This document shows positions 16,099-25,616 of a DNA stretch of 32,000 nt, piece by piece. The stretch is from Candidatus Saccharimonadota bacterium (GTDB taxonomy: Bacteria > Patescibacteriota > Gracilibacteria > UBA4473): assembly GCA_030429505.1 (NCBI GenBank), contig JAUIFI010000001.1, forward strand, positions 30,001 to 62,000, in the 5' to 3' direction. The translations under genes and the position numbers were made by a program. The notes under the pieces were generated by a model. The model made no database searches. It was not told the origin of the DNA and saw nothing but the letters and a program-made list of their open reading frames with translations. Each line of letters opens with the position of its first letter. Positions within the stretch are counted from its first letter, which is position 1.

Positions 16099-17856
16099 TT
16101 AATCTTTTATCACCTCAATATTCTGCTCTCTCACTTCCTTCTCCGGCATCACGGAAGGTGCCCCGAGCATGAGATCTTGCGCAGATTGATTTTTCGGAAA
16201 GGCAATGACTTCTCGGATATTCGGCTCATCCGCAAAGAGCATCACCACTCTATCTAATCCCATCGCACACCCACCATGAGGTGGACAACCGTAATTAAAA
16301 GCCTTGAGCATATGCCCAAACTTCATTTGAATTTCCTCTTCCGACATCCCCAAAGCTTCAAAAACCCGATGTTGTAAATCTCGATCATGAATCCGAATGG
16401 AACCGCCACCCGCCTCTACACCATTGAGTACAATGTCATAGGTATATGATCGAGCTTTGAGAGGGGCAGTCTTCAGTAAACCGATATCATCGATATGCGG
16501 CATAGTAAAAGGATGATGAGCCGCACCCATCGTACCGTCATCTTTCTGTTCAAAGAGGGGAAACTCTGTTACCCACAGATAGGCAAATTCATTCTCATTT
16601 CTTAATCCAAACAGATCTCCCAGAGTTAATCGGACAGCTCCCAAAGGTTCATGAGCGGAAAGAAAATTCCCCGCCCCAAAGAAAATCATATCTCCATCTG
16701 AAGATCCCGTTTTCTGTTTTACGGCTTCCAAAAACTCATTTTTTGCATTTTTCGCCACAGGTCCCGAACCATCACCGACTCTGTACCATGCGAGTCCTCC
16801 GGCTCCATTTTGCTTCGCTAATTCCGTCAGATCATCAATCTCTTTCCGAGAAAATTCCCCCAGCGTCTTCTCCACTCGCAAAGCTGACACATATTCAGAC
16901 TTTTCAAAAATACCAAAGCCACACGTTTTCGCATCTTCTGTAATATCCGTTAATTTCAATTCGAACCGTAGATCTGGCTTATCAGAACCATACTGACTCA
17001 AAGCCTGATGCCACGTCATACGACGAAATTTTCCTTTATCTAAAAATTTCTTCCATTCTTTTTCCGGAGCACATTTTTCCGTAAGCTCCACAAAACATCT
17101 CTCAATCACATCCAGTACATCATTTTCTTCTGCAAAACTCATCTCGATCTCAAATTGAGTAAATTCAGGTTGTCTGTCTCCCCGTAAATCCTCATCCCGA
17201 AAACACCGTGCAATCTGAAAATATTTATCCACTCCGCTCACCATAAGCAACTGTTTCAACTGCTGCGGAGATTGAGGGAGGACATAAAATTTCCCCGGAT
17301 GAATGCGAGAAGGCACGAGGTATTCTCGTGATCCCTCGGGGGTGCCTTTGACCATGATGGGCGTCTCGATGTCGAGAAAACCTTGCTGATCAAAATACCG
17401 ACGAATGACTTGCACCATATCATGACGCAGTTTGAGATTTCTCTGCAGTCTCTCTCGACGTAGATCGAGATACCGATACTCCATCCGCAAATCTTCGTTT
17501 TTGACATCGGCATCGATTTCAAAAGGAGGTGTCTTGGCTTCGTTCAAAATCTCAATTTTTTCTCCTCTCACTTCGATTTCTCCCGTAGCCATATCTTGAT
17601 TGGTCATGCCCTTGGCACGAGGTTGAACTGTTCCGGTGATTTTGAGAACCCACTCGGAACGAACTTTTTCAGCGACGGTATGGGCTTCTTTATTTTTCTC
17701 TGGATCGATAATGATTTGCGTCAGTCCATATCGATCTCGCAGATCGATGAAAATCAGTCCCCCTAGATCACGTCGACCGTGTACCCAGCCACAAAGGGTG
17801 GTCTTGGAGCCTTTATTTTTTATATTGAGTTCGCCACAGTTGTGTGTTCTGAGCAT
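16099..17856 (-). CDS. aspS: aspartate--tRNA ligase, bacterial type (585 aa)
   Basis: N-terminal OB fold (CGWVHGRRDLGGLIFIDLRDRYG), class II motif 2 (FRDEDLRGDRQPEFTQFEIEMSF) and motif 3 (GLDRVVMLF). The length is consistent with a GAD insertion. Confidence 0.97.
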   Translation of the reverse strand: MLRTHNCGELNIKNKGSKTTLCGWVHGRRDLGGLIFIDLRDRYGLTQIIIDPEKNKEAHTVAEKVRSEWVLKITGTVQPRAKGMTNQDMATGEIEVRGEKIEILNEAKTPPFEIDADVKNEDLRMEYRYLDLRRERLQRNLKLRHDMVQVIRRYFDQQGFLDIETPIMVKGTPEGSREYLVPSRIHPGKFYVLPQSPQQLKQLLMVSGVDKYFQIARCFRDEDLRGDRQPEFTQFEIEMSFAEENDVLDVIERCFVELTEKCAPEKEWKKFLDKGKFRRMTWHQALSQYGSDKPDLRFELKLTDITEDAKTCGFGIFEKSEYVSALRVEKTLGEFSRKEIDDLTELAKQNGAGGLAWYRVGDGSGPVAKNAKNEFLEAVKQKTGSSDGDMIFFGAGNFLSAHEPLGAVRLTLGDLFGLRNENEFAYLWVTEFPLFEQKDDGTMGAAHHPFTMPHIDDIGLLKTAPLKARSYTYDIVLNGVEAGGGSIRIHDRDLQHRVFEALGMSEEEIQMKFGHMLKAFNYGCPPHGGCAMGLDRVVMLFADEPNIREVIAFPKNQSAQDLMLGAPSVMPEKEVREQNIEVIKD

Positions 17857-17914
17857 GGGAAAAATTCAGGTCTATTGTCCTGTTTGAGAAGGAAATGTCA
17901 AAGGCAAGAGATTG

Positions 17915-17942
17915 TTGACATTTTTTGCTTTTTATTTATAAT
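17915..17942 (+). promoter_or_regulatory. consensus sigma70 promoter for the 71-aa membrane protein
   Basis: TTGACA (17915-17920), 16-nt spacer, TATAAT (17937-17942). Confidence 0.6.
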
Positions 17943-18009
17943 AAATATAGATTTGTTTGCTTCAGTGGGAGCAACTCACGTGTTGTTTTAAATTTAACGG
18001 AGACTTCCT

Positions 18010-18225
18010 ATGAATAGAACTAACGTTTCGGATTGGCTCTTGTATACTGGAATTGCTGGTATTGCGATGGGCATATGTTTTTGTTTGGCTCTGTTCATAC
18101 CATCAATGCCAGTCTTCATCGATGGAATGATTGTTTGTGCGGTTGCCGTCATTGTTTTTATGATTGCTTACGCATTTACTGAGCTTCGTTCTCTGCACAA
18201 TCCATATTGTGCAACGCTCGTTTGA
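18010..18225 (+). CDS. hypothetical small membrane protein (71 aa, two predicted TM helices)
   Basis: ATG lies 7 nt after a GGAG. There are two hydrophobic stretches. A consensus promoter lies upstream and a terminator downstream. Confidence 0.6.
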   Translation: MNRTNVSDWLLYTGIAGIAMGICFCLALFIPSMPVFIDGMIVCAVAVIVFMIAYAFTELRSLHNPYCATLV

Positions 18226-18251
18226 TTGGCTTTCCGGTAGACGGATCTTCT

Positions 18252-18290
18252 GAGGGAGGAGTGACATTTGTGTGCCCCCCTCTTTTTCTT
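18252..18290 (+). terminator. intrinsic terminator of the 71-aa gene
   Basis: GAGGGAGG (18252-18259) pairs with CCCCCCTC (18275-18282) with one mismatch, followed by TTTTT. Confidence 0.6.
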
Positions 18291-18295
18291 AATAT

Positions 18296-19684
18296 TTAAA
18301 ACTCCGCATTTTTCGGCACCCGCGGAAACGGAATCACATCTCGGATATTTGCCATGCCTGACAAATACATAATCATCCGTTCAAAGCCCAAACCAAATCC
18401 TGCATGCTTTACGCCTCCATATTTTCTCAAATCCAAATACCATTGATATTCTGAGGTGTCGAGCCCCATTTCTCGGACTCGCTGTTCTAGTTTATCCAAT
18501 CGCTCCTCACGCTGTGAACCACCGATCAATTCTCCGACCCCCGGAACGAGTAAATCCATCGCCGCTACGGTTTTCCCGTCATCATTGAGACGCATATAAA
18601 ACGCCTTGATATCTTTGGGATAATCCTTCACAAACGTCGGTTTGCCGAGTTTTTTACACACATACTGTTCGTGTTCGGTTTGCAGATCAATGCCCCATTG
18701 GACCGGGAATTCAAATTTCTCACCTGATTTCTCCAAGATCTCAATCGCTTCAGTGTAAGTAATCCGTTCAAAATCAGAATTCAAGATATGATCCAGTCGT
18801 TCCAGCAACGTCGTATCGATGAATTTGTTGAAAAATTCCATCTCCTCAGGCAATTTCTCCATAACCTCTGAAATGACATACTTCATCATATCTTCCGCCA
18901 AATCCATATCATCCTCCAGATCCGCAAAAGCGATCTCTGGCTCCATCATCCAAAATTCCGATGCGTGACGGGCAGTATGAGAGTTTTCCGCCCGAAAGGT
19001 TGGTCCAAAGGTATAAACATTGCGAAGCCCCAAAGCAAAAGCCTCTGCATTGAGCTGACCACTCACTGCCAACCCAGTTTCTTTGGCAAAAAAATCTTTG
19101 GAAAAATCTGGTTCGCCTTCTTTGGTCTTAGGCACGTCCTTCAAATCCAACGTCGTCACCTGAAACATCTCACCCGCTCCTTCACAATCACTCCCCGAGA
19201 TAATGGGCGTATGCACGTACACAAACCCTCGTTCCTGAAAAAAAGTGTGAATAGAATGACTCAAAACCGAACGCAGGCGAAAGATCGCTGAAAACGTATT
19301 CGTTCGTGGTCGAAGGTGGGCGATCGTTCTCAAAAATTCAAACGAATGACGTTTCTTTTGCAATGGATAATCAGGATCGGAATCTGCTAGAAGCGTAATT
19401 TTATCCGCCTGAATCTCACACGATTGCCCGCTTCCTGGAGATTCGACCAGTTTCCCTTCGACCTCAATCGCTGAACCAATCGTGAGTTTGGTCAAATCCT
19501 CAAAATTTTTCAGCTTATCCTCAAATACCACCTGAATCCCCTTAAAGAAACTTCCGTCATTGACCTCGATAAAGCCGAAATTCTTGGAACTTCGCACCGT
19601 CCGAACCCACCCGGAAATACGGACATTATTATTCACATATTGCTTGCTGTCGCGAAGGATAGATTTAATAAGTGTTGTTTCCAT
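18296..19684 (-). CDS. asnS: asparagine--tRNA ligase
   Basis: 462 aa. Motif 2 is [24 protein letters not shown] and the C-terminus is [27 protein letters not shown], both typical of AsnRS rather than AspRS. Confidence 0.95.
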   Translation of the reverse strand: METTLIKSILRDSKQYVNNNVRISGWVRTVRSSKNFGFIEVNDGSFFKGIQVVFEDKLKNFEDLTKLTIGSAIEVEGKLVESPGSGQSCEIQADKITLLADSDPDYPLQKKRHSFEFLRTIAHLRPRTNTFSAIFRLRSVLSHSIHTFFQERGFVYVHTPIISGSDCEGAGEMFQVTTLDLKDVPKTKEGEPDFSKDFFAKETGLAVSGQLNAEAFALGLRNVYTFGPTFRAENSHTARHASEFWMMEPEIAFADLEDDMDLAEDMMKYVISEVMEKLPEEMEFFNKFIDTTLLERLDHILNSDFERITYTEAIEILEKSGEKFEFPVQWGIDLQTEHEQYVCKKLGKPTFVKDYPKDIKAFYMRLNDDGKTVAAMDLLVPGVGELIGGSQREERLDKLEQRVREMGLDTSEYQWYLDLRKYGGVKHAGFGLGFERMIMYLSGMANIRDVIPFPRVPKNAEF

Positions 19685-19728
19685 GAGCTTGTTTATTGTG
19701 CTTTTTTAAGCCAAAAAGTCAAAATCAT

Positions 19729-19779
19729 AAAAAAAATCCCTTTCACATATGCACAAGAATGCAACACACATAAAAGGGA
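19729..19779 (-). terminator. intrinsic terminator after the PgsA-like gene
   Basis: Minus strand reads TCCCTTT...AAAGGGA with an extended wobble-rich stem, followed by T8 (plus-strand A-run 19729-19736). Confidence 0.6.
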
Positions 19780-19785
19780 ATGAAT

Positions 19786-20382
19786 TTATGAAGGAAATAT
19801 AATCTTAAAAAAAACGAGTAATACGAGGCGTTTTGTTTTTTGCGAGAGAGGATACATTAAATAGCTCCCCATTCTTACCAGAGACAAAATCAATACTACT
19901 TGAAACAAAAAATCAACAAATGCTGGGAATTGGTAAGTGCCAAACAAGATAAGACCAATAGCTACAAATTGTAGGAAAGATGTGACCTTACTCGTTTTTG
20001 TGATGGTATGACCACGAAGTTTCATGACCATCCATGCACAAACAGCAGAAAGGGCTTCTATGCCTACTATTACCAAAGTCCACTGCCAGTTTACAAAAAA
20101 CAAAACACAGATCAGAACCCTGTCAGCCACAGGATCAAGAATCTTTCCCAGAGCCGATTCCTCATTCCTCTTACGGGCTACATACCCATCAAGAGAATCT
20201 GTCCCGGCTGCAGTCACAAAAAGAACAATCGTTGCCACCAAATAGCCAAATTCTCCAGAGCCATACAAATATTTCCAGATACAAAAATTTGCTACCAGAG
20301 CAACTAATATCCGGGCAAAAGTAATTTTGTTGGCAAGAGTATTTATCCTCCTAGGAGGTGGATCAACTCGTAAAGTTTTCAT
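19786..20382 (-). CDS. pgsA: CDP-alcohol phosphatidyltransferase (PgsA-like)
   Basis: Exact family motif D-x2-DG-x2-AR-x8-G-x3-D-x3-D in DSLDGYVARKRNEESALGKILDPVAD. Polytopic, 198 aa, with a strong SD (GAGGTGAT) upstream. Confidence 0.8.
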   Translation of the reverse strand: MKTLRVDPPPRRINTLANKITFARILVALVANFCIWKYLYGSGEFGYLVATIVLFVTAAGTDSLDGYVARKRNEESALGKILDPVADRVLICVLFFVNWQWTLVIVGIEALSAVCAWMVMKLRGHTITKTSKVTSFLQFVAIGLILFGTYQFPAFVDFLFQVVLILSLVRMGSYLMYPLSQKTKRLVLLVFFKIIFPS

Positions 20383-20472
20383 TTTATCACCTCATATATA
20401 TTAAAGACGTTAAACAGCAGTATTTCTCCCCAAAAGAACAACCTCGAATAGTGTCTTTCAAAGATTGATTTT

Positions 20473-20502
20473 AATATAAAACTGATATGGGAATTATGTC
20501 AA
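20473..20502 (-). promoter_or_regulatory. candidate promoter of the PgsA-like gene
   Basis: Minus strand reads TTGACA (20502-20497), 18-nt spacer, TATATT (20478-20473). Confidence 0.4.
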
Positions 20503-20506
20503 AAAA

Positions 20507-21757
20507 TTATCCTTCTAAAAACTCCCTCACAAACCCACTTATCCGACCAGCTCCCATAAAGACAACTGCATCTCCCTTTTCAAATTTTTGTAAAAACTGA
20601 TCAGCTTCTTCTTTTGTTTTCACGCTCACCGAGCCAGCAATTTTTTCTTGCAAACTCTCGATCGATACGGTCGCTTTGTCCTCCTGACTATCTCGAGCCT
20701 CATAGATCGGAAAAAGTCCTACTTCATCCGCTGTGTTTAAAGCTTCCACAAATTCATCCAAAAACACTCGTGTACGAGAAAACTGATGCGGTTCAAAGAT
20801 GACTACAATCTTACTTTCAGGAAATTTTTCTCGCATCGCCTGAATCGTCGCTCTGACCTCGGTCGGATGATGAGCATAATCATCAAAGATATTCACTCCA
20901 TTCTTCTCGCCCAAATATTCTTGCCTGCGTCCGGCACCAGTAAATTGTTCCAAACCTTGTTTAAAATTTTCCAAATCCAACTCTAAATATTTTGCTAACT
21001 GCATCGCCAAAGCGGCATTCGCCTGATTGTGATCTCCTGAGACTGATAAATCGAGACTTGTTCTTTTCACAGGTATTTTTTCTACAGATAGTGTTTGCAA
21101 GAGTTTTGTCGCCATCACATCTTCTTCATGAAAAATCACTGTTTTTGCTTTCGCCAAAAAGCTTTGAAAAGCTTTCAAATACTGCTCTTCCGTCTGGTAA
21201 TAATCCGGATGATCCCATTCCACGTTCGTTAAAACAATAATCTCAGGATGGAGAAAACGAAAATTTTCTCGATATTCACACGCCTCAATCACCGCATACT
21301 CATTCGTGCCAGAATGAAAATTCGATCCACCAAATTCCTTCAAAGTTGAACCTACAAAAAACGTTGCTGAAAAATCAGCTGCTAAGCTTCCCGCCGCTAT
21401 CATCCCACTCGTCGTCGTCTTTCCATGTGTTCCAGCTACGGCAATGGTACGAAAATCTTTAGAAATTTCTCCCAAGGATTCAAAGTAAGATTTTTGTGTG
21501 ATTTTTCGTTTGGTAGCTTCTTGTCTTTCAGGATTCTCTTCCGAAATCGCCTCACTGTAGACTACTAGATCGCACACTTCAGGAATATTATCAGTCTTTT
21601 GACCATCGATCATCACCTTCATTCCTTGCTCTCTCAGCTTGGGTATGATCTCGGTTTCCCCTTGATTAGAGCCAGTAACACTATCTCCTCGCCTCAAGCA
21701 GTATTGAGCCAGAGCTGAAGTACCAATACCACCAATTCCAATAAAATGAATCTTCAT
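20507..21757 (-). CDS. murC: UDP-N-acetylmuramate--L-alanine ligase (MurC-like Mur ligase), short form 416 aa
   Basis: N-terminal FIGIGGIGTSALAQ Rossmann motif and Mur ligase P-loop AVAGTHGKTTTSGM. Confidence 0.8.
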   Translation of the reverse strand: MKIHFIGIGGIGTSALAQYCLRRGDSVTGSNQGETEIIPKLREQGMKVMIDGQKTDNIPEVCDLVVYSEAISEENPERQEATKRKITQKSYFESLGEISKDFRTIAVAGTHGKTTTSGMIAAGSLAADFSATFFVGSTLKEFGGSNFHSGTNEYAVIEACEYRENFRFLHPEIIVLTNVEWDHPDYYQTEEQYLKAFQSFLAKAKTVIFHEEDVMATKLLQTLSVEKIPVKRTSLDLSVSGDHNQANAALAMQLAKYLELDLENFKQGLEQFTGAGRRQEYLGEKNGVNIFDDYAHHPTEVRATIQAMREKFPESKIVVIFEPHQFSRTRVFLDEFVEALNTADEVGLFPIYEARDSQEDKATVSIESLQEKIAGSVSVKTKEEADQFLQKFEKGDAVVFMGAGRISGFVREFLEG

Positions 21758-21766
21758 TCTGCACGA

Positions 21767-23938
21767 CTAGTTTTGTGGAATTTCAAATAAAATCAACCGT
21801 TGTCCCTCGAAAAGTACTGGCAGAGGTACTTCTTTTACAAATTGCTCAAAATCATTCACTTTCTGATGTAAAGTTCCATTCGAATTGAGTTCTATCGAAT
21901 CAGTCGCTCGATCAAATATGATAAACTGAAAATCATTTTCCTGCCACCTTTGTAGTGTTTTTTGAGGATCTTTATCTCCAAAGCTTTGAGTGAAAATATC
22001 CAACTGTGGATCATTGAGAATTCTCGTATCTGCTTGATGGATGAAAAAAGGCGTATTGGTTCCAATTCGAAGAATAAAACTATCAAGCTTTTTATTTACT
22101 ACATTTGCAGCTTTTATTTCCTCGGCAAAAAATCCTTGTTGCAACTCATTTGCATTAAGGGGGGTGGGAGATGTTGCCCAAGCTGCCGATGTATGAAAAG
22201 CTGAGGGCACTATATGCTGAAGCCGAGACCAGATTCCAAGCAGCATAGAAAAGCTTAGAACACTATACAAAACTGTTCGTGAATGTTTTATTGATGACAA
22301 AAATGTTCCAGCAAGAAAAAGTACGATTACCAAAAACGGAAATCCATACCACGGTACGGCTTTACCCATAAAAATCCAACCCACAAAAAAACTCGTCCCC
22401 AAAAGTAAAAGAGCTCTATCTCGAGGATGAATTTTGTACCAATGAAGAAGTATAAAAAGAAAGATAAATGGCAGTACTGCCAACCACCAAAATCCTAAAT
22501 CACTATATTGCTTCTGCGTATCTGGAATATTCGAATTCGTCAGCCGTTCCCAGAGTACAGTAAAGACATTTGAAGAAAAATGACTATACCGCTCTACTTC
22601 TTCTTCAAATCCGGTAGACGAATTCGTTATCATCTCCTCTATCACAAACTCAGGCGTCTGAGCAGGGGACTTAAAAGCTTGTTCTAAGAGCTGATCATAC
22701 GTTGTCGGAAAAAATCTGTGTTGCACCATATTTATCCCACTCCAGAGAACTATAGGAGTCAGTAGTATGCTGGCACTAATAGCTTTTTTTTGCCATGGAA
22801 TTGTTTGCAAACCAATCAGTATCAAAAGTCCCGGAAAAAACCAGAGAGCGGTTAATTTCAATAAAACAGACATTCCCAAAACAAAAGCTCCCATATACCA
22901 TTTTCGGTCAAACAAAAATGTAATGCCAATCAAAACGATCTGCAGAAAAATCAGATCCACTTTCGTATCACGCGTCATTTGAAACTGTACAGCCGGAATC
23001 AGAAAAAAAGCCGTAGCCAAAACCATATTGATCACAGGTGGAATAGATAATTTTTTCCCCACATACAAGCAGGTCAACCACAACCCACTACTCCATAATA
23101 CCAAAGTCATTTGAGAAAAAGCTATTCCGCCAAAAATTCCCCCAATCGCAAGTGGAATCTCTGTCAAACTTGGAAAAATTCCGGTACGAAGAATTCCGGA
23201 ATCTATCAAACTTCGAACGGACAACAGAGAGTGATTGAGTGCATCCCATCCCAAAGCAAACGGAAAAAAAGTCTGCAGTATATTGAGAATCACAATACTC
23301 AACACCAGACTCCCGAAAAAAAGTTCAGATCTTCCTAGAGAAAATTTAAAAGTAAAAAACAGTCGAAATGAATCCCAAGCATCTTCCCTCCATAAAAAAA
23401 TAGTTCCTCCAAAAAGAAGAAGAAACGCTATCGGATGAAAAAAATTCAAATGAACCAAAATAAATCCTGCTATAGCAAGCACTACAAATCCTATGGTCCA
23501 TTGTTGAAGGGAAGTTAGGTTTTTGTCTGAAAAGCTGATGCGACCAAGAAAAAAAATCCACCACGTAAAAGCAAGGACGCCTATCACAGAGATGAGAATC
23601 GTTGCCAACATTCTTTTTCCTGAAGTCCAGAGTGAATGGTCTTGAAAAAATCCTTCGATTCCTCCCGCCAACAACATTCCCAACCAAATAAGTAGGATGA
23701 AAATTCCCCCTACTATGCTCAGAGAAAGCTTGGAACGGAAAAGAAACACACAAATCCCTGAAACAGTCCAGAGAAACAAAAACAAAACAATCCACCAGTG
23801 ATGCGGCATTATCTCCCCATACGTCGGATGAGCTTCGAGAAAAATAAAAGCTAAAACAAAACTCCATCCCGCAAAAATAACTGCAAACCAAGGAGATGTA
23901 ATTATATTTTTTAACCAACCAATAACATTATTCTTCAT
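21767..23938 (-). CDS. large polytopic membrane protein, unknown function (possible GT-C-like glycosyltransferase; speculative)
   Basis: 723 aa with many hydrophobic helices, a soluble central loop and a ~120-aa soluble C-terminal domain. It overlaps the upstream VanW-like gene by 11 nt and ends 9 nt before murC. Confidence 0.75.
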   Translation of the reverse strand: MKNNVIGWLKNIITSPWFAVIFAGWSFVLAFIFLEAHPTYGEIMPHHWWIVLFLFLWTVSGICVFLFRSKLSLSIVGGIFILLIWLGMLLAGGIEGFFQDHSLWTSGKRMLATILISVIGVLAFTWWIFFLGRISFSDKNLTSLQQWTIGFVVLAIAGFILVHLNFFHPIAFLLLFGGTIFLWREDAWDSFRLFFTFKFSLGRSELFFGSLVLSIVILNILQTFFPFALGWDALNHSLLSVRSLIDSGILRTGIFPSLTEIPLAIGGIFGGIAFSQMTLVLWSSGLWLTCLYVGKKLSIPPVINMVLATAFFLIPAVQFQMTRDTKVDLIFLQIVLIGITFLFDRKWYMGAFVLGMSVLLKLTALWFFPGLLILIGLQTIPWQKKAISASILLTPIVLWSGINMVQHRFFPTTYDQLLEQAFKSPAQTPEFVIEEMITNSSTGFEEEVERYSHFSSNVFTVLWERLTNSNIPDTQKQYSDLGFWWLAVLPFIFLFILLHWYKIHPRDRALLLLGTSFFVGWIFMGKAVPWYGFPFLVIVLFLAGTFLSSIKHSRTVLYSVLSFSMLLGIWSRLQHIVPSAFHTSAAWATSPTPLNANELQQGFFAEEIKAANVVNKKLDSFILRIGTNTPFFIHQADTRILNDPQLDIFTQSFGDKDPQKTLQRWQENDFQFIIFDRATDSIELNSNGTLHQKVNDFEQFVKEVPLPVLFEGQRLILFEIPQN

Positions 23939-25160
23939 AATTCATAGAAACCTTTCGCACTCCATGAAGCTGTTTGGCTCGCCATGGACGATAAAGAGAA
24001 GCAAAAGTTTCTACTGTCTCCTCGCCATCTTTTTCTACCGTTCGTACCCATTCAGCTGTAAAACCATCATGAGCATAATCTATCTGATGCACCTCTCCAA
24101 AAGGCAAATCTTCTGTCTCGTAGACAATGGCTTCAGTCGGTGCTGGTCTATATTCAGAAATAAACGGCCCTTCTAAAGCAACCTTACGCCCATCATCTGT
24201 CCCATAAAAAACAAAAAATACATCATTATCTTCGACAAAAGCCTGAACTAAAATATCTCCTGGAGTGTTATTTTTAAACCGCAAATCTGCCGCTCCCAGA
24301 TAAATAGCCGCATCCAGACCAAATGGTTTGTAATATTGAATCGCATACGAATGATTCCGCCTTTCTTTGATATGAAGACCGGATGCCATAGCGGCTCTAA
24401 AAGCTGTAGTCGATACCTGACATACACCACCTCCCAACTCTTTCTCGGTCTTATTTCCTTTGATCACGAGTTCAGGAACAAATCCATCTTCCTCTGCCAC
24501 AGAGTCTAGAATGTGATTAAAAGAAAAATAGCGATTCTTTTTTATCACAGCTCCATTAAATTTTTTCACTGCTGTAGTGATATTTTGAATTCGAGTTTCA
24601 GGAGAGCCAGAAAAATTAGACTCTCCAACGCCAATCACTTCTCGAATACCTCTTTTTTTGAGATGGGGATGAATCACAACTTCAGAAAAAACTTTCTCTC
24701 CCGGAACATATATATGTTTTTGTCCTGTGTGCAAAGCTTGGTTCAGCAAAAAAACTAAATGTGCTTCATCAATCCTAAAGCCATGCTGAGGAGTTCCTTC
24801 AAACGTAATATGTCCTTTTGAATCAGTATTAATCAGGACAGGTTCTTGATGATCATCAACAAGAAGTGAAGCTGAACCAAAAAAATCATGAAGCATGACA
24901 GGGTCGATCTGTGTCTCAAAAGAAACTTCAATATTCCAGTCATCTGTGTGAGAAAGAAGTTGATTTTTGGTATCGAGAGGGATTTTTACACTCCCGACAA
25001 TCAAGGTGTACTGAGGTACAGATTGTAATAGTTCTGGCTGAGCCTCGAAGTTTAAATTAATCGTTCGATCTGGGAAAATCAGAGCAATTTCTGAGGGAAT
25101 ATTCGATGCTGCCCCAACGGGTGATATCAAAAAAAACAAAATCAACACCCATCTTTTCAT
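23928..25160 (-). CDS. VanW-like protein
   Basis: VanW core is LGGGVCQVSTTAFRAAMASGLHIKERRNHSY...FGLDAAIY, with an N-terminal signal/anchor. I prefer ATG 25160 over the adjacent GTG 25163. Confidence 0.85.
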   Translation of the reverse strand: MKRWVLILFFLISPVGAASNIPSEIALIFPDRTINLNFEAQPELLQSVPQYTLIVGSVKIPLDTKNQLLSHTDDWNIEVSFETQIDPVMLHDFFGSASLLVDDHQEPVLINTDSKGHITFEGTPQHGFRIDEAHLVFLLNQALHTGQKHIYVPGEKVFSEVVIHPHLKKRGIREVIGVGESNFSGSPETRIQNITTAVKKFNGAVIKKNRYFSFNHILDSVAEEDGFVPELVIKGNKTEKELGGGVCQVSTTAFRAAMASGLHIKERRNHSYAIQYYKPFGLDAAIYLGAADLRFKNNTPGDILVQAFVEDNDVFFVFYGTDDGRKVALEGPFISEYRPAPTEAIVYETEDLPFGEVHQIDYAHDGFTAEWVRTVEKDGEETVETFASLYRPWRAKQLHGVRKVSMNYEE

Positions 25161-25222
25161 CACTTTGAACTATATGAGATTGAGAATATAGATGCAAGTA
25201 AGATGAATATCTATATTTAAAT

Positions 25223-25250
25223 TTTACAAAAAATTACATTGTAATACAAT
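25223..25250 (+). promoter_or_regulatory. promoter of the RHH-kinase operon, with an operator-like palindrome over the -10 box
   Basis: TTTACA (25223-25228), 16-nt spacer, TACAAT (25245-25250). A perfect inverted repeat ATTGTA-a-TACAAT spans 25238-25250. Confidence 0.5.
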
Positions 25251-25276
25251 TTACACAAATATATTTTTCATTTCAT

Positions 25277-25615
25277 ATGTCTGATAAAAAAGATTACATC
25301 TTCAATATTCGGCTTTCTCGTGATACGTACGAAAAGCTTAAGCAAAAAGCGACTGAAAACCGGGAAACCATGTCCAATCTCGCTCGTAAGGTTATCGATG
25401 ATGGACTAGAGATCTTTCAGGATGTATCAAATGATTTGTTTGGAAACAGCGTTTCTGCTAGAGATAAAATCGTGCATTCCTACAAAGTCTTTTTACATCA
25501 GGATGCAGTGTGCGCAGAGACAGGTCAAACCATGAAAAAAGGGGAGCAAGCCATCGTTGGAGAAACACAAACAGGAAAAAAATATATCTTTCATCCTTCA
25601 TGTTTTGAGAAATAA
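25277..25615 (+). CDS. ribbon-helix-helix (CopG/Arc-like) DNA-binding protein with a Cys/His-containing C-terminal extension
   Basis: YIFNIRLSRDTYEKLKQKATENRETMSNLARKVIDDGLE fits a beta-strand/helix/helix RHH pattern. The C-terminal part contains C..C/H (CAETGQ...HPSCF). Confidence 0.65.
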   Translation: MSDKKDYIFNIRLSRDTYEKLKQKATENRETMSNLARKVIDDGLEIFQDVSNDLFGNSVSARDKIVHSYKVFLHQDAVCAETGQTMKKGEQAIVGETQTGKKYIFHPSCFEK

Positions 25616-25616
25616 A

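Noticed and set aside
23346-23918. 190-aa minus-strand ORF in an alternative frame of the 723-aa membrane protein gene
   Set aside because: It lies fully inside a much longer ORF on the same strand whose product has coherent TM architecture and operon context. The alternative frame is Phe/Ser/Cys-rich noise.
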